A DNA stretch of 64,000 bases from Eledone cirrhosa (Eukaryota). The stretch is from positions 31,000,001 through 31,064,000 of the forward strand of contig OZ024747.1 of NCBI GenBank assembly GCA_964016885.1. The letters run 5' to 3'. This document shows positions 25,830-38,724 of this stretch, piece after piece. Position numbers and translations under genes: made by a program. A model generated the notes under the pieces. It did no database searches. It was not told the DNA's origin and saw only the letters and a list, made by a program, of their open reading frames with translations. Positions within the stretch are counted from its first letter, which is position 1; each line of letters opens with the position of its first letter.

Positions 25830-26082
25830 ATGTCGCTTCCTTTCGACACCAGGAAAAAGGAAAACTATGGCGCAGGCAAATTGATAAAAGAGCGTAGAAT
25901 CCCATATGAAAGTGTTTGGTCTATTTTAGATCAATCAAAAGAATATCTGAAAGGCACAAGGTGTACCTTGAGTGTAACAGAAAAATACAGGATTCTACAA
26001 AATTTGAAATCTCCCGATACTTGTCTTTAATAAAATTTAGAATTTTTTAAAAGTTGCTCACATCTAGGCACTCATCTCCTTT
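25830..26082 (+). pseudogene. C-terminal GIY-YIG endonuclease remnant of a Penelope-like element
   Basis: [27 protein letters not shown]...NK..EFFKSCSH resembles the PLE C-terminus WSIL..A.PY....RC.LC..EK...LNK..E....C.H. Frameshifted. Confidence 0.6.
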
Positions 26083-26449
26083 CACGGTTGTGTAATCATA
26101 ACACAATTTTGGACACTCGCCCACCTTGAACGCTCTCTTTTATACTAATCACCCTAGATTCATATCCAACACAACTCATACTTTCATCACACCCACGATA
26201 CATATTCAACACTTATTTTGTCCTACACCTATATTATTCACTTCTTGACTTTTTTTTATACAATGCATCAAACACTTCTTTCTAAATATAACTGCACTCT
26301 TTAAACTTTTTAGCATTTTACTTTTAACTCTTAACCCACCCATATATATGTGGGTGACTATGTGTATGTCCGTGTGTGTATATATATATATATTAGAAAA
26401 GGGAAGTAAGGTTCTATACAAAACAGTGGTTATAGAGAAAAGGTGAAGT

Positions 26450-26959
<510 letters not shown>

Positions 26960-27283
26960 GGGTACAAGCTGAAGCATATAGACAATATGTCCCCACAGCC
27001 TCCCACTGCAAAGTGGTCATGGAGGTGCCACGGCAAAAAAGCACCCAGCCCACACTGTAATGTGGACGTGTAGGCGCCATGGAAAAAAGCACCCAGCACT
27101 CACTGTAAATGAGCTTGGTGTTAGGAAGGGCATCCAGCTGTAGAAACTAAGCCAAAATCAGTTCCTGTATGAGAAAGGCATGGTCAGCCGACCAGACATT
27201 GCCCACAATAGGACAACCCATCTAACCCATGCTAGCATGGAAGAACGGACGTAAAACGGTGATGATGATGATGATGATGATGA
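26960..27283 (+). mobile_element. RTE family A 3' UTR-only insertion
   Basis: Matches 39910-40238, has a (GAT)n tail and (TA)n on both sides. Confidence 0.85.
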
Positions 27284-27499
27284 TATATAACATATATATA
27301 TATATATATAAAACAGCGACAGCACCAACAACAACAGCAACAACACAATTGTCTGTGTTGAATGTGTGTGTATGTATGTATTTATATATATGCGACTACA
27401 ATAACAGCAACACCACCATTGTCTGCAGCAGCAGCATCAGTGAAATGAAGAACAACAACACCAGCAGGAGCAGCAACAACAACAACAGCAACGACAGCA

Positions 27500-27836
27500 A
27501 CAACAACTGCCACCACCATCACTGACATCATCCACCACCACCACCATCACCATATTGACACGATCCACCACCTTCACCACCACCACCACTATCACTGGCA
27601 CCATTCACCACCGCCGCTATCCACCACCTTCACCACCACCACCACCATCAATGGCACCATCCACCACCACCACCATCACTGGCACCATCCACCACCGCCA
27701 CCATCACCATCACTGACAACATCCACCACCTTCACTTCCACCGCTACCACCACCACCACCATCACTGACACCATTCACCACCATCACCATCACTGACACC
27801 ATCCACTACAACCATCACCATCACTGACACCATCCA
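27500..27836. repeat. Low-complexity (CAC/CAT)n array with a recurring CACCATCACTGACACCATC unit
   Basis: Directly visible. Confidence 0.9.
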
Positions 27837-30641
27837 TCCTGGCTGAGAGATGGATCAATAAGACAATAGAGGTAGTTCGAGTTAGTAATCGAATAATTAA
27901 GCTTAGATTAGTTGTAGGCAGGAGACTACTGTCAATCATCTCTGCCTATGCTCCCCAAGCAGGCCTAGGCAAAGATGAGAAAGACTGCTTTTATGAGCAA
28001 CTTTTACAAACAACCGCAATGACAGAGGACAGAGACATTGTTATGCTAGCAGGGGACTTCAATGGTCATGTTGGACAGCTCCAGGATGGTTACACTGGGG
28101 TACATGGAGGGCACGGTTACGGCTCAAGAAATGAAGAAGAGGTGAGACTTTTTCAATTTTGTGATGCAAGTACACTGACTATTTACAACACAAACTTCCA
28201 GAAACCTGCCAACCACCTAATTACCTACAAATCTGGCGAGCACATAAGCCAGATTGACTTCTTACTAGTTAGGCAGCGGGACAGGCAGATAGGTATCTAA
28301 TACCAAGGCATACCCTGGGGAAGAATGTACCCCACATCATAGGTTAGTCGTTAGTGATATCTCAGTAAGCCAGAGATGGAATGAAACATACAGGAAGATG
28401 TGGAGAAGAAAGGTCTGGAAGCTAAAAGACCTTTCACTAAAATACAAATTTAGGAAAGCCTATCAAGATGTGAATGACGAAAAAGAAGACGATTTAGAGA
28501 CGTATGACAGATAATAACTGGAATTTCTTACGTGACAACTTACTGCAGGCTACTGATGAAACTTGTGGCTGGAGCAGAGCTCCAACCAGACAGAGAGTGA
28601 CCTGGTGGTGGAACAGCACAGTAGATAAGGCCATTAGAGACAAAAGACTAGCATGGAAGGCTTGGAAAAAAAAGGTGGGAGTAGGGAAGAATATACAGCC
28701 GCTAAGAGAGAAGCTAAATGTCAGGTGTACTTAACACGCAGGGAGGCTGAGAGTAGGAGGTTTGCCAATGTTCTGTGATGGGAAGATCAGAGGCGTGCGG
28801 TGTTCCACATTGCAAGGCAGTGTGTCAATGCAAATCAGGATGTTGTTGGAGATAAATGTGTCCGGAATGATGCCAGTGTACTTAGTGTCATGAATGATCA
28901 GAAAAAGGAGGCCTGGAAATGTCATTATGAGAGACTGATGAATGTGGAGAACAAATGGGAGAGTGATAAATTACCCTCAGTAGATCCGACAGAGGGACCA
29001 GCTATTGAGATTGAAGAATATAGGGTCCAAAGGAAATGAAAAATGGTAAGGCTACTGGACCATTGGCAATAGTTGCTGAGATGCTGAAGGCATCATGGGA
29101 CATAGGCACTAAACTGGTTGCACGCATCATCAATCAGGCTACATATGGTGGTGTCATACCCAAAGACTGGTGCAGCAGTATTCTCATAAATTGCTACAAA
29201 GGTAAAGGGGATGCTCTTGAGAGGAGCAATTATAGGGGTATAAAATTGATAGATCAGGTTATGAAAGTGGCAGAAAGTATATTAGCACAACTAATTAGAG
29301 AAAGGGTCAAACTAGATGAGATGCAGTTTGGTTTTGTGCCTGGGAAGAGTACAACAGATGCCATCTTCTTGGTGAGACAATTGCAAGAGAGGTTCTTAGA
29401 GAAAAATAAGCCTCTATACTTAGCCTTTGTTGACCTAGAGAAGGCCTTTGATAGGGTACCCCGATCTTTCATCTGGTGGTTCCTAAGGAAACTAGGTGTT
29501 GAGGAATGGCTTGTGAGGACAGTGCAAACTTTGTACAGAGGTACTGTCAGTAAAGTCAGGGTAGGAATGCAGTTTAGTGAGGAATTCCAGATACAGGTAG
29601 GAGTACATCAAGGTTCAGTCCTCAGCCTGCTCTTGTTCATTATAGTCCTCCAAGCCATACGAGAGGAGTTTACGACTGGCTGTCCATGGGAACTGCTCTA
29701 TGCTGACGATCTGGTTCTTATAGCAGAATCAGTAGAGGAGCTAGAGAATAAAATCTGGCTATGGAAACAGCAGTTGGAAGCCTGAGGATTGAGAGTGAAT
29801 CTAGCTTAGACAAAACTCTGATTCCGTCAGGAAAATGGCCATGTTCGATATGCAGAAAAGGAACTGGCATAAATTCTATAAAATGCACACAATGCAGATC
29901 CTGGGTACACAAGAGATGTAGCGGGATAGCAGGAAAACTAACAGGTAGGGAGAAATATATATGCAGCAGATGTACAGTGAAATTAGACAGTAGAAGTCGC
30001 ATTGATAGACACATTTTTCAAATGCAGGTGGGTTCTATAGAAGTGGTTGATAGCTTACGGTACCCAGGAGATCAGATTAGCTAGGAGGGGGGGTGTTCCG
30101 ATGCCATAGTATCTAGAATAAGGACGGGTTGGAAGAAGTTTAGGGAGCTGCTTCCTCTGTTGACGAAGAAGGGTTTCTCCCTGCGTACGAAAGGGCGGTT
30201 GTATGAGGAGCGCAATGCTGCATGGTAGTGAGACATGGGCAGCGACTGCAGAGGATATGCAACGGCTGGAGGCAAGCATGCTACGTTGGATGTGCAGTGT
30301 CAATGTGCATGAATGACCCAGCATGTATGTGTTGTGAGAGATACTGTGTCTGAGAGGGATAGAATGTAGTGTACGGGAGAGGAGACTGAGGTGGTATGGA
30401 CATGTGATGCACATGGAGGATGACCGATGGGTGAAGAAGTGCCAGGAAATGCCAGTTGAAGGAAGACGTGGTAGAGGTAGACCACAAAAAACATGGGCGG
30501 AGGTGGTGAGAACAGACCTCAGATCGCTGAAGCTCACGGTGGAGATGATGAAGGACCGTGACAAGTGGAGAGATGCTGTGCTGAATAAGACCCGTCCCAC
30601 CCTTGCAAGTAGGGAAGAGCAGACGTAAAATGATGATGATG

Positions 30642-30643
<2 letters not shown>
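27836..30643 (+). mobile_element. RTE LINE family B, long decayed copy
   Basis: Endonuclease (SAYAPQ, GDFNGHVG, SQIDFLL), RT (NYRGIKL, QFGFVPG, DLEKAFDRVP, VHQGSVLS, LLYADDL), Cys/His finger, short 3' UTR and (GAT)n tail. Confidence 0.93.
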
Positions 30644-30682
<39 letters not shown>

Positions 30683-30967
30683 TGTACCTGTGTTTATACA
30701 TGCAGGTGTATATCTGTATATGTATGTCTGTACGTGTGTGTTATACGTGTGTGTACACATAAGCATATAAAGGTTTTTTCGTATATTTTGTGTGCATATG
30801 ATAATATAAGCATTTACTGTAATTTTTAATTATTGCCTTTTTATACAAATTTTTTTTGCATGCTTTTCCGTAATTGTGTATGTACATGTATATATATTGT
30901 GTATATATATGTATATATATATGTATGTGTAAATGTGTATATATATGTATATATGCATGTGTGTGTG

Positions 30968-31935
30968 TCCCTTTTCTAGATATCTCGATATCTATCAATC
31001 ACTCCCACCGCACCCTCTATATTTCCATCTTCTATAAACCAATAGACTCCCACTCTTACCTCAACTTTACCTCCTCCCATCCAACCAACACCAAACACTC
31101 CATACCCTATTCCCAATTCCTTCGTTTTTGTTGGCTCTGTAGCCAGGACAACGATTTCGAAACCCATTACCTTCACATGGCTTCCCGCTTCATCCAGTGT
31201 GGATATCCCCCACCCTGATCCAAGTTGCTCTCACCCGCACCCGTGAAACTGACTGCACCACAGCACTCTCATCTTACCCTTGCCCTCCCAACACCCGTGT
31301 TCCTTTCCCTCTCACCTACCACTCCGGCAACATATCCTCCGTTCCTTCCCCCTCTCTTCTGACACTGCCACTTCTAGCTATTTCCCATACCCACCCATTA
31401 CTGCATTTAAGCATGCCCATAACCTCCGCAACCTCCTGGTATGCAGTTCCTTCTCATCCTCTCCTATGACTCCACCCAGCTCTCATACTTGTTCTTGTCC
31501 CCGCTGCAACACTTGTCCCTTTATTTCCACCCTCACCACTCTTACAGGCCCTAACGGGTCATTCTGTATCCGCCATTCCTTCACCTGCACATCCACCCAC
31601 ATTGTCTACACCTTCCAGTGTTCACTTTGCGGGGTCTTTATACATGCTGGACCTTTTTGCTGAGCATTTGAGGGACATACGACTCGGTTTGGACACTCCT
31701 GTCGCCCGTCATTTCTGTTCTCCTGGTCACTCTTCTTTACATATCTCAGTCCTGGGTGTCCTTTTACATCACGGATCACAGGTTCATGTACCACCCACCC
31801 GTCCCCTCAATCTAGCTTATTTCTCATTCTTTCTTCTGATGAAAGACTAGCGTCCGAAACGTTAAGAATCTCTTCCTGCTATATCAAGCGTTAACCTAAT
31901 ATTCCACATACTGTACCGATTGTGTTGTTATTTCT
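30968..31935 (+). mobile_element. Penelope-like element 3' fragment (RT thumb, Cys linker, GIY-YIG, terminal hammerhead)
   Basis: PFLDISIS, FYKPIDSHSYLNFTSSHP, SIPYSQFLR, NLRNLLV, CSCPRCNTC, FTCTSTHIVYTFQCSLCG, FAEHLRDIR and PVARHF. A Cys-rich linker of this kind is typical of Neptune-type PLEs. Confidence 0.88.
31831..31868 (+). ncRNA. Minimal hammerhead ribozyme at the PLE 3' end
   Basis: TTCTT-CTGATGA-AAGAC TAGC GTCC-GAAA-CG-TT-AAGAA, with palindromic AACGTT. Confidence 0.8.
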
Positions 31936-31945
31936 GTTTACCTTT

Positions 31946-31978
<33 letters not shown>

Positions 31979-32075
31979 TACTAAAAAATAGAATGTCTGT
32001 GTGTCTGTCTGTCTGTCCAATCACTAAAACTCGAGAACCACCCAACTGAGTTTTTTCAAACTTTACACATATAAT

Positions 32076-32260
32076 TGTTTCTACTTTAGGCACAAGGCCA
32101 GCAATTATCCAGTTCATTACTGGTACTTTATTTTATCGACCCCGTAAGGATGAAAGGCAAAGTTAACCTCGGCGGGATTTGAACTCAGATCGTAAAGGGA
32201 CGTAACTATGCTGGAAAGCATGGCGTCCGACCCTCTACCGATACTGCCAATCCACCACCA
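32076..32260 (-). mobile_element. SINE family 2, full length with TSD
   Basis: A-box TGGCAGTATCGG and B-box GAGTTCAAATCC. 20-bp TSD TCAAACTTTACACATATAAT at 32056-32075 and 32261-32280. Confidence 0.92.
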
Positions 32261-32878
32261 TCAAACTTTACACATATAATACTTATGGTCCCGTGCGTGT
32301 TTTGAGCAAAAATTTCAAATTTCCAAAGCACTAGGCACTGCATTAGACGATTTAGTGATCTCTATCTATAATTCTTAGTCTTTCTAATTTTAGATAGAAA
32401 CATAGATATAACATCGCGCGCTTATAATATCTGTCTGATAGCCTGACTGTCTGCATTACGTCATCATGACGCAATCAGTGTGTGTGTATATATATATATT
32501 CTTTCGCCAGGGAAAATCTTCACGAACCAAAGTATCGTCTTCCTGTTTTCCTTCGACTGCAACGTTTTTCGAAATATTTGCATCTGCATTCACAGATTGA
32601 TTTTTTTATTTTACATTCAGAAGATCCTATTAAGGATGAAAGCAGCGATTCTTTGCTTAAACTTTAATCTGTTATTTTAATATATATATATATATTCGTG
32701 TACATATATTTGTGCATACACAATAACAAAATATAAACAAAAGTATTTATTTCACAATAAAGTATTGATTTTCTTCGAACGGAAAAAAACCCTGGTAATG
32801 TACGACAAATTTTTTTTATAAGCTCAAAATGTACACACCATCCCGAGGTCGAGGTACTCCATACTTCTCTGTACTGGT

Positions 32879-32917
<39 letters not shown>

Positions 32918-32918
<1 letters not shown>

Positions 32919-33590
32919 GGATGTGTAATAGTAATATACGTGAACGGCAAAGCATAAACAAACTAAGGGAGAAATTAGGAATAAGAGGGATCAGATGTTG
33001 TTTACTTGAGAGAAGACTACGTTGGTACGATCACGTGATGCACTTGAAAGACGACAGCTGTATAAAAAAGTGCAGGGCGATAAAAATAGACCATAGCCAC
33101 GGAGTAGGCAGACCCAGAAAAACCTGGGACGACTTAATAAATTCCAACCTCAAACACATCTCTCCAAGACAATGTCACTGGACCGAGATCTTTGGCGCTA
33201 CACAGTAACACAGAAGATCCGTCTTGCCTAAGTACAAAGCGAAACCTACAGTCAGTAGGCATCTCTAACAAAAATACCCCCCCCCCCCAATGTAAAGTTA
33301 TGTTGGTACCACAACATCCAATCCGAAATAAATGAGGTCATATAGGTGTCACGACAAAAAAACACAGTCCACGCTGTAATGTGGCCATGTAGGTAACACG
33401 GTAAAAACCTCCCAGTCCACACTGTAAACGTGGTTGGTGTTAGGAAGCGCATCCAGCTGTAGAAAACCTGCCAGACAATCCTATACAAACAAGAGAACCA
33501 CTCTTGCCTCAAGTGGGAACATTCCCGTCCAAACCCATGCAAGCGTGGAAGATGGACGTTAAACGATGATGATGATGATGATGATGAAGA
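32918..33590 (+). mobile_element. RTE family A 3' fragment
   Basis: RRLRWYDHV...GRPRKTW, 3' UTR and (GAT)n tail, inserted in (TA)n. Confidence 0.88.
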
Positions 33591-33930
33591 TATATATATA
33601 TATATATATTTATATATTCGTGTACAGCTATTTTTGCATACACAATAACAAAATATAAACAAATATATTTATTTCACGAGCCTCGATAAGGATAAATATA
33701 TATCATTTTTGCATACACAATAACAAAATATAAACAAAACTATTTATTTCGCAATAAATTATTGATTTTCTTCGCACAGAAAAAAACCCTGGTAATCTAT
33801 GACTAATTTTTCTTATAAGCACAAAATTTAGACACCATCCCGAGGCCAAGGTATTCCGTACTTCTCTGTACTGTTATATATATATATTAATTCAAAATAT
33901 TAACAAAATAGATATTCTTGTGATCAAGTA

Positions 33931-33997
33931 TATTTTATTATACATATTTCAGAGGTACTGAGTTAAGTTCAACAGTACGTCCACATCAGATAAAATA
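33931..33997 (-). ncRNA. Hammerhead ribozyme with an A9 substitution, in an inverted-repeat element (33886-34109)
   Basis: TATTTTAT-CTGATGT-GGACGTACTG...CAGTACCTCT-GAAA-TATGTA-TA-ATAAAATA on the minus strand. Arms 33886-33951 and 34047-34109 are reverse complements. Confidence 0.65.
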
Positions 33998-34539
33998 AGA
34001 TGATGCATGACATACCCTGACATAGTAGATGGTTAAGATTCAGTCATGAAATATGTATAATAAAATATACTTGATCACAAGAATATCTATTTTGTTAATA
34101 TTATGAATTCATATTAATAACTCTGGAAAACCATTTTTGTTGAGTGCTTCCAATCTATTGTAAAACTCATTCTTTGATGTATTCATTGAACCTTGTTTAA
34201 CTTTTAAATATATATATATATATATATAATTATATATTCGTGTACAGATATTTTTGCATACACAATAACAAAATATGAACAAACGTATTTATTTCATGAG
34301 GCTCGATAAGGATAAATATATATCAAATATATAAGAACCCTAGAGCAAATCGCGAGCAACGCCAGACCATTCTGCTAGTTTATATATATATATATTTAGT
34401 TAGGTTTGTTGGTTCACCACTGGATAGAACTGGTCATTCCATATGGTCAACTTCGATGTAATATTATGGAGAGCACTCAACGTAATGCAACTCACGCGTC
34501 TTCGTTTGTGTAGTTGGTGGTGCAAGTACGGATTTATTT

Positions 34540-34606
<67 letters not shown>

Positions 34607-34789
34607 GAGGTTATATTTAATTTGTTGGGATTCAACAAGCTTAAAAATGTTTATAACTGATATAAAGCACTCAACAAATTAGTGGAGTAAATATACAATA
34701 TATATCGTGACTATCCAGGAAGCTCCAACCATTAAGGTTGTCTTTTTTCAGGGTATGTCAATAATTATTTATAAAATTAATCTGTATTG

Positions 34790-34855
34790 TATTTTATCTG
34801 ATGAAAGCGCACCATAATTTGCCTTGGTGTCCCTTGAAATATGTATAATAAAATA
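34790..34855 (+). ncRNA. Type I hammerhead ribozyme
   Basis: TATTTTAT-CTGATGA-AAG..CACCA...TGGTG..CTT-GAAA-TATGTA-TA-ATAAAATA. Helix I is 8 bp and the triplet is AUA. Confidence 0.82.
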
Positions 34856-34964
34856 GATATGGTTTTATAAATATAGTTTCCATTTGTTAATATATTGTAT
34901 ATATATATATAAATTAATAAAAATAATGAATAAACAAAGAAACAGTACCTTATATTAAAAAATT

Positions 34965-35100
34965 CATCATTTTACGATCGTTTCTAGGATATATATGTTA
35001 GTGTTGGTATGCATATCCTATAGATCTATGTAAAGTTTTTACAAACTATCAGAAGGAATATACATACCTACACATATATATGCTGTCTTCAGAAATAATG
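34965..35100 (-). ncRNA. Hammerhead ribozyme with a helix II insert of about 100 nt
   Basis: CATTATTT-CTGAAGA-(about 100 nt)-GAAA-CGATCG-TA-AAATGATG on the minus strand, with palindromic ACGATCGT. 35077-35152 is repeated at 35311-35385. Confidence 0.62.
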
Positions 35101-35540
35101 ATATTTGTTTATTGAAAAAAACAACAAAGATTTAATACAATAGGTCTGTTTGGGAACAGGTTTTGAATTGACCAATAGAAAGATAGTGAAGGTCAACATG
35201 GTAAAATAGTAGTAAAAGAACCTTAATTTAGGAGTAGAGGAAGGTAGATTTCAGTTTTGGATGGAAAGAATATTATGAATGAAAGATTATTTTAGGGATG
35301 AAAATAGGTCATATGCTGTCTTCAGAAATAATTATATTTGTTCATTGAATAAAACCAACAAAGATTTAATATAATAGGTCTGTTTGATGATTTCTAAAGA
35401 ATGAAACAGTTCTAGTCCTGTAGAATCTCATCTATATTAAAACTTTTATACTCTGCAATGTATTGAGTACCTTACTTACTGTGGTTACCTCCGATTCAAC
35501 CCGGAATAACGTATATATATATATATATATATATATACCC

Positions 35541-36200
35541 TCATCATCATCGTTTAACATCCATCTTCCATGCTAGCATGGATTAGATGGGAATAGTCCC
35601 ACTTGAGGCAAGATTGGTCGAGTGACCGTGTCTTGCTCGTATAGGACTATCTGGCAGGATTTCTATGGCTGGATGCCCTACCTGACACCAACCACATTTA
35701 CAGTGTGGACTGGGAGCTTTTTACCGTGTTACCTACACGGTCACATTACAGCGTGGATTGTGTTTTTTTGTCGTGACACCTACATGACATCATTAGTTTG
35801 GACTGGATGTTGTGGTACCAACATAACTTTATGGAGAAAGGGTGGTGTTGGTGGGAGTGGAAGGATGGAGTTGGGGTAGTGGGTTGTGGTTTATATTTGG
35901 TTTGGAGGTGCCTACTGACTGTAGGTTAACTTTGCACGTAGGGAAGGCAGATCTTCTGTATTACTGCATGGTGCCAAAGATCTTGATCCAGTGGCATTGT
36001 CTTAGAGAGGTGTAATTGTGCACGGTCGGATTTGATCATGTCGTCCCAGGTTTTTTGGGGTCTACCTACTCAATAACTTCCATCAATTTCATTCGTCCTG
36101 CACTTTTTTTATACACCTCACATGCACATCACATGACCATACCAAACGTAATCTTCTCTCAAGTAAACAGCATCTGATCCCTCTTATTCCTAATTACTCA
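35541..36200 (-). mobile_element. RTE family A 3' fragment
   Basis: (CAT)n tail, 3' UTR repeats and a C-terminal ORF remnant. Confidence 0.85.
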
Positions 36201-36368
36201 AATATATATAATTTGTTGAGCTAATTTAAATGTTGAGTACACTTGGCTGCTATTTTTAGTGGTGTGAGTTTGTGAGACACGCTAGGTTCTGATACCACGT
36301 GCGTTATTGTATATACACACACTATTCAGTTTTCTGATATACTTAGTAGTGAGGAGTTTACTAATTTT

Positions 36369-36451
36369 TCACCCACTGACGAGCAATAGGTATTAGTAAT
36401 CCTCTTCACATTCGGATTGCGAAACAGCATCGCCAAACGCTGTCTGGATGA
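36369..36451 (+). ncRNA. Type I hammerhead ribozyme
   Basis: TCACCCA-CTGACGA-GCAAT...ATTGC-GAAA-CAGC ATCGCCAAAC GCTG-TC-TGGATGA. All three helices form and the triplet is GUC. Confidence 0.88.
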
Positions 36452-36762
36452 TTGGTAGTTACCACAATTCCGGTTTGTATTTCTTTTCTTGATTTATTCT
36501 TAAATTGAGTCTGGCAAACCTTATTGTCCATAGTTAGTATCTTTTTCACCTTAGCGTAACTAGTCCCTTACGATTTGAACACAAATATGTATATATCTGT
36601 GTTTATCTCTCTTTTATATTTAATTATAATATACGGCTCGGAAAAATCTCTTTCTTTGAGCTATTTAATTGTAAGAGACTATTTTGAGTTTCTAACTCAA
36701 TATATACCTTTGATATATATGTGTGCGTGTGTATATATATATGTATATATATATATATATAT

Positions 36763-38537
36763 GTGTCCGGGATGATGCCGGTGTACTTAGTGTCACGAAT
36801 GATCAGAAAAAGGAGGCCTGGAAATGTCATTATGAAAGACTGATGAATGTGGAGAACGAATGGGAGAGAGAGAAATTACCCTTAGTAGATCCGACAGAGG
36901 GACCAGCTATTGAGATTGATGAATATAGGGTCCAAGAGGCGATTAGGGAAATGAAGAATGGTAAGGCTGCTGGACCATCGGGAATAGTTGCTGAGATGCT
37001 GAAGGCATCATGGGACGTAGGCACTAAACTGGTTGCACGCATCATCAATCAGGTTATATATGGTGGTGTCATACCCAAAGACTGGTGCAGCAGTATTCTC
37101 ATAAATTGCTACAAAGGTAAAGGGGATGCTCTTGAGAGGAGCAATTATAGGGGTATAAAACTGATAGATCAGGTTATGAAAGTGGCAGAAAGGATATTAG
37201 CAAAACTAATTAGAGAAAGGGTCAAACTAGATGAGATGCAGTTTGATTTTGTGCCTGGGAAGAGTACAACAGATGCCTTCTTCTTGGTGAGACAATTGCA
37301 AGAGAGGTTCTTAGAGAAAAATAAGCCTCTATACTTAGCCTTTGTTGACCTAGAGAAGGCCTTTGATAGGGTACCCTGATCTGTCATCTGGTGGTCCCTA
37401 AGGAAGCTAGGTGTTGAGGAATGGCTTGTGAGGACAGTGCAAACTCTGTACAGAGGTACTCTCAGTAAAGTCAGGGTAGGAGTGGAGTTTAGTGAGGAAT
37501 TCCATATACAAGTAGGAGTACATCAAGGTTCGGTCCTCAGCCCGCTCTTGTTCATTATAGTCCTCCAAGCCATAACAGAGGAGTTTAAGACTGGCTGTCC
37601 ATGGGAACTTCTCTATGCTGATGATCTGGTTCTTATAGCAGAATCAGTAGAGGAGCTAGAGAATAAATTCTGGCTATGGAAACAGCAGTTGGAAGCAAGA
37701 GGACTGAGAGTGAACCTAGCTAAGACAAAGGTGTTGATGAGTAGAAAAGAGGACAAAACTCTGATTCCGCCAGGGAAATGGCCATGATCGATATGCAGAA
37801 AAGGAACTGGCATAAATTCTATAAAATGCACACAATGCAGATCCTGGGTACACAAAAGATGTAGCGGGATAGCAGGCAAACTAACAGGTAGGGAGAAATA
37901 TGTATGCAGTAGATGTACAGGCAAATTAGACAGTAGAAGTCGCATTGATAGACACATTTTTCAAATGCAGGAGGGCGCTATAGAAGCAGTGGATAGCTTC
38001 CGGTACCTAGGAGATCAGATTCGCATGGGAGGAGGGTGTTCCGAGGCCATAGTATTTAGAATAAGGACGGGTTGGAAGAAGTTTAGGGAGCTGCTTCCTC
38101 TGTTGACGAAGAAGGGTTTCTCCCTGCGTACGAAAGGCCAGTTGTATGAGGAGCGCGATGCTGCATGGTAGTGAGACATGGGCAACAACTGCAGAGGATA
38201 TGCGACAGCTGGAGAGAAATGAGGCAAGCATGCTCTGTTGGATGTGCAGTGTAAATGTGCGTGTACGACCCAGCATAAATGTGTTGAGAGAGAAACTGTG
38301 TCTGAGAGGTATAGAATGTAGTGTACGGGAGAGGAGACTGAGGTGGTATGGACATGTGATGTGCATGGAGGATGACCGATGGGTGAAGAAGTGCCAGGAA
38401 ATGCTAGTTGAAGGAAGACGTGGTAGAGGTAGACCACGAAAAACATGGGCGGAGGTGGTGAGAACAGACCTCAGATCATTGAAAATCACGGTGGAGATGA
38501 CGAAGGACCGTGACGAGTGGAGAGATGCTGTGCTGAA
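36763..38537 (+). mobile_element. RTE LINE family B, 5'-truncated
   Basis: RT ORF fragments highly similar to 28855-30590. Starts at (TA)n. Confidence 0.93.
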
Positions 38538-38550
38538 TATATATATATAT

Positions 38551-38668
38551 ATCATCATCATCATCATCATCATTTTACATCCGCTTTTCCCTGCTTGCAA
38601 GAGTGGGACAGGTCTTATTCAGCACAGCATCTCTCCACTCGTCACGGTCCTTCGTCATCTCCACCATG
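38551..38668 (-). mobile_element. RTE family B 3' end, inverted
   Basis: (CAT)n tail plus the reverse complement of about 38487-38537. Confidence 0.85.
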
Positions 38669-38724
38669 TATATATATATATGTGTATATATAAAAGTTAG
38701 CCGCTCTGCCTGGTATTTCTCAAT

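Larger units (their letters stand above)
31975..34378 (+). mobile_element. Non-autonomous Helitron-like element with nested insertions
   Basis: 5' TATTACTAAAAAATAGAATGTCTGTGTGTCTGTC. 3' GC-rich CGCGAGCAACGCCAGACC followed by CTAG|T at 34375-34378. Internal repeated blocks at about 32690, 33610, 33705 and 34230. Confidence 0.6.

Noticed and set aside
27229-27836. His/Asn/Thr-rich coding sequence
   Set aside because: It is a trinucleotide low-complexity repeat between two LINE fragments, with no splice support.
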